From: Balneola sp.
GTDB taxonomy: Bacteria > Bacteroidota > Rhodothermia > Balneolales > Balneolaceae
Assembly: GCA_017643645.1 (NCBI GenBank)
Contig: JAEPNB010000001.1
Coordinates: 450,049-514,048, forward strand
DNA: 64,000 nucleotides
Reading direction: 5' to 3'
The notes beneath the pieces were generated by a model. The model ran no database searches, had not been told where the DNA came from, and saw nothing but the letters and a program-made list of their open reading frames with translations. Made by a program: the position numbers and the translations under genes. The stretch's first letter is position 1, and the number at the start of each line of letters is the position of its first letter. Below are positions 63,309-64,000 of the stretch, piece by piece.

Positions 63309-64000
63309 GTTCTTTCTCTAATTCTGTAATTAATTTTTCTATTCCTGAAGTCGCCCGCTCTTTTATATGTGTCCATCCATAAAATGAAAAGAGCTCAGGG
63401 TTTGATGGATCTATAATATATTTCTTACAATAGTCAGGAGCGTAATCAATTAAGCTTGCTGCAGGATATACAACCAATGAAGTTCCTATTACTACCAAAA
63501 TATCAGCTTTTTCAACTAACCGAGCTGCTTTTTCAAGCATAGGTACCATTTCTCCGAACCAAACTACATGAGGTCTCAACTGCTTTCCATCAGGCCCAAC
63601 ATCTCCTAAGTGAATTGGGTTCGTCCCAATCTCAACAATCAAGTTCTCATTGTCTACACTTCTTGCTTTGGTTAACTCACCATGCAAATGCAAAATCTTA
63701 CTTGATCCGGCTCTCTCATGTAAGTCATCTACATTTTGTGTAATAATCTCTACATCAAATAAAGACTCTAAGTTTACAAGCTTTAGGTGAGCCTTATTTG
63801 GCATTGCTTTACCTGCTTGCTCTCTTCTCAGATTATAAAAGTCTAAAACCTGTTCCGGGTTTCTGTTCCAGCCTTCAGGTGTAGCTACCTCATTGATGTT
63901 GTAACCTTCCCATAAACCACCCGAATCTCTGAAAGTTGATAACCCGCTTTCAGCACTTATACCCGAACCGGATAAAATAACCAGTTTCTTTTTATTCGGC
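63301..64000 (-). CDS. cobB: NAD-dependent protein deacylase (sirtuin, CobB-type); 5' end just beyond the window
   Basis: The minus-strand frame stays open to nt 64000. It reads ...KKKLVILSGSGISAESGLSTFRDSGGLWEGY...ITQNVDDLHERAGS...HLHGEL...VWFGE...IGTSL.VYPAA. The track start at 63804 is internal. Confidence 0.88.
   Translation of the reverse strand, partial: PNKKKLVILSGSGISAESGLSTFRDSGGLWEGYNINEVATPEGWNRNPEQVLDFYNLRREQAGKAMPNKAHLKLVNLESLFDVEIITQNVDDLHERAGSSKILHLHGELTKARSVDNENLIVEIGTNPIHLGDVGPDGKQLRPHVVWFGEMVPMLEKAARLVEKADILVVIGTSLVVYPAASLIDYAPDYCKKYIIDPSNPELFSFYGWTHIKERATSGIEKLITELEKEHG

Overview
This is a chromosomal window from an AT-rich bacterium that looks FCB-group (Bacteroidota/Balneolota-like). 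The evidence for that placement is T9SS C-terminal sorting domains, a dcw cluster without murF, and HisKA_2 kinases. All calls were made by eye from the sequence and the ORF track, with no database searches. Repeat coordinates are good to a few nt.

Gene content by region:
- 1-11.7 kb: a translationally coupled secreted-protease module (T9SS M6-like peptidase, an HExxH/PD40/beta-barrel-like giant, and an unknown). It is followed by a stand-alone PASTA protein, rpe, phoH-like, an MBL hydrolase, purine nucleoside phosphorylase and an AT-rich orphan.
- 12.0-27.7 kb: a complete dcw cluster, mraZ-rsmH-ftsL-ftsI-murE-mraY-murD-ftsW-murG-murC-ftsQ-ftsA-ftsZ. It has a textbook MraZ operator (three GTGGG boxes at 10-bp phasing) and an intrinsic terminator after ftsZ.
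- 27.8-32.7 kb: an accessory patch holding a small GIY-YIG nuclease, two orphan genes, an M61 peptidase and a swarm of nested-palindromic repeats.
- 32.7-48.9 kb: hmgA and hppD, then a phenylacetate (paa) cluster paaABCD-paaG ... paaH-paaI-paaJ-paaY-paaZ plus a crotonase. An antisense vapBC pair and several extra small genes interrupt it.
- 48.9-64 kb: two HisKA_2 sensor kinases, a PD40-amidohydrolase, a decayed gene, a fused 2-oxoacid dehydrogenase E1 alpha/beta, hisC-like, an SDR, an SGNH hydrolase and a partial sirtuin.

Two things are most worth following up:
1. Almost every paa intergenic junction carries an AT-rich 'word' hairpin of one of three sequence classes. Each class occurs both empty and with a four-helix-bundle (23S-rRNA-IVS-protein/Avd-like) gene sitting in its loop. 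This is an IVS-like architecture inside an mRNA operon.
2. A family of at least 11 nested palindromes (GTCATTTCGA..GAGAAATCTA..TAGATTTCTC..TCGAAATGAC) is concentrated in about 9 kb. Two-element units of this family form roughly 220-bp direct repeats that bracket the GIY-YIG nuclease gene.
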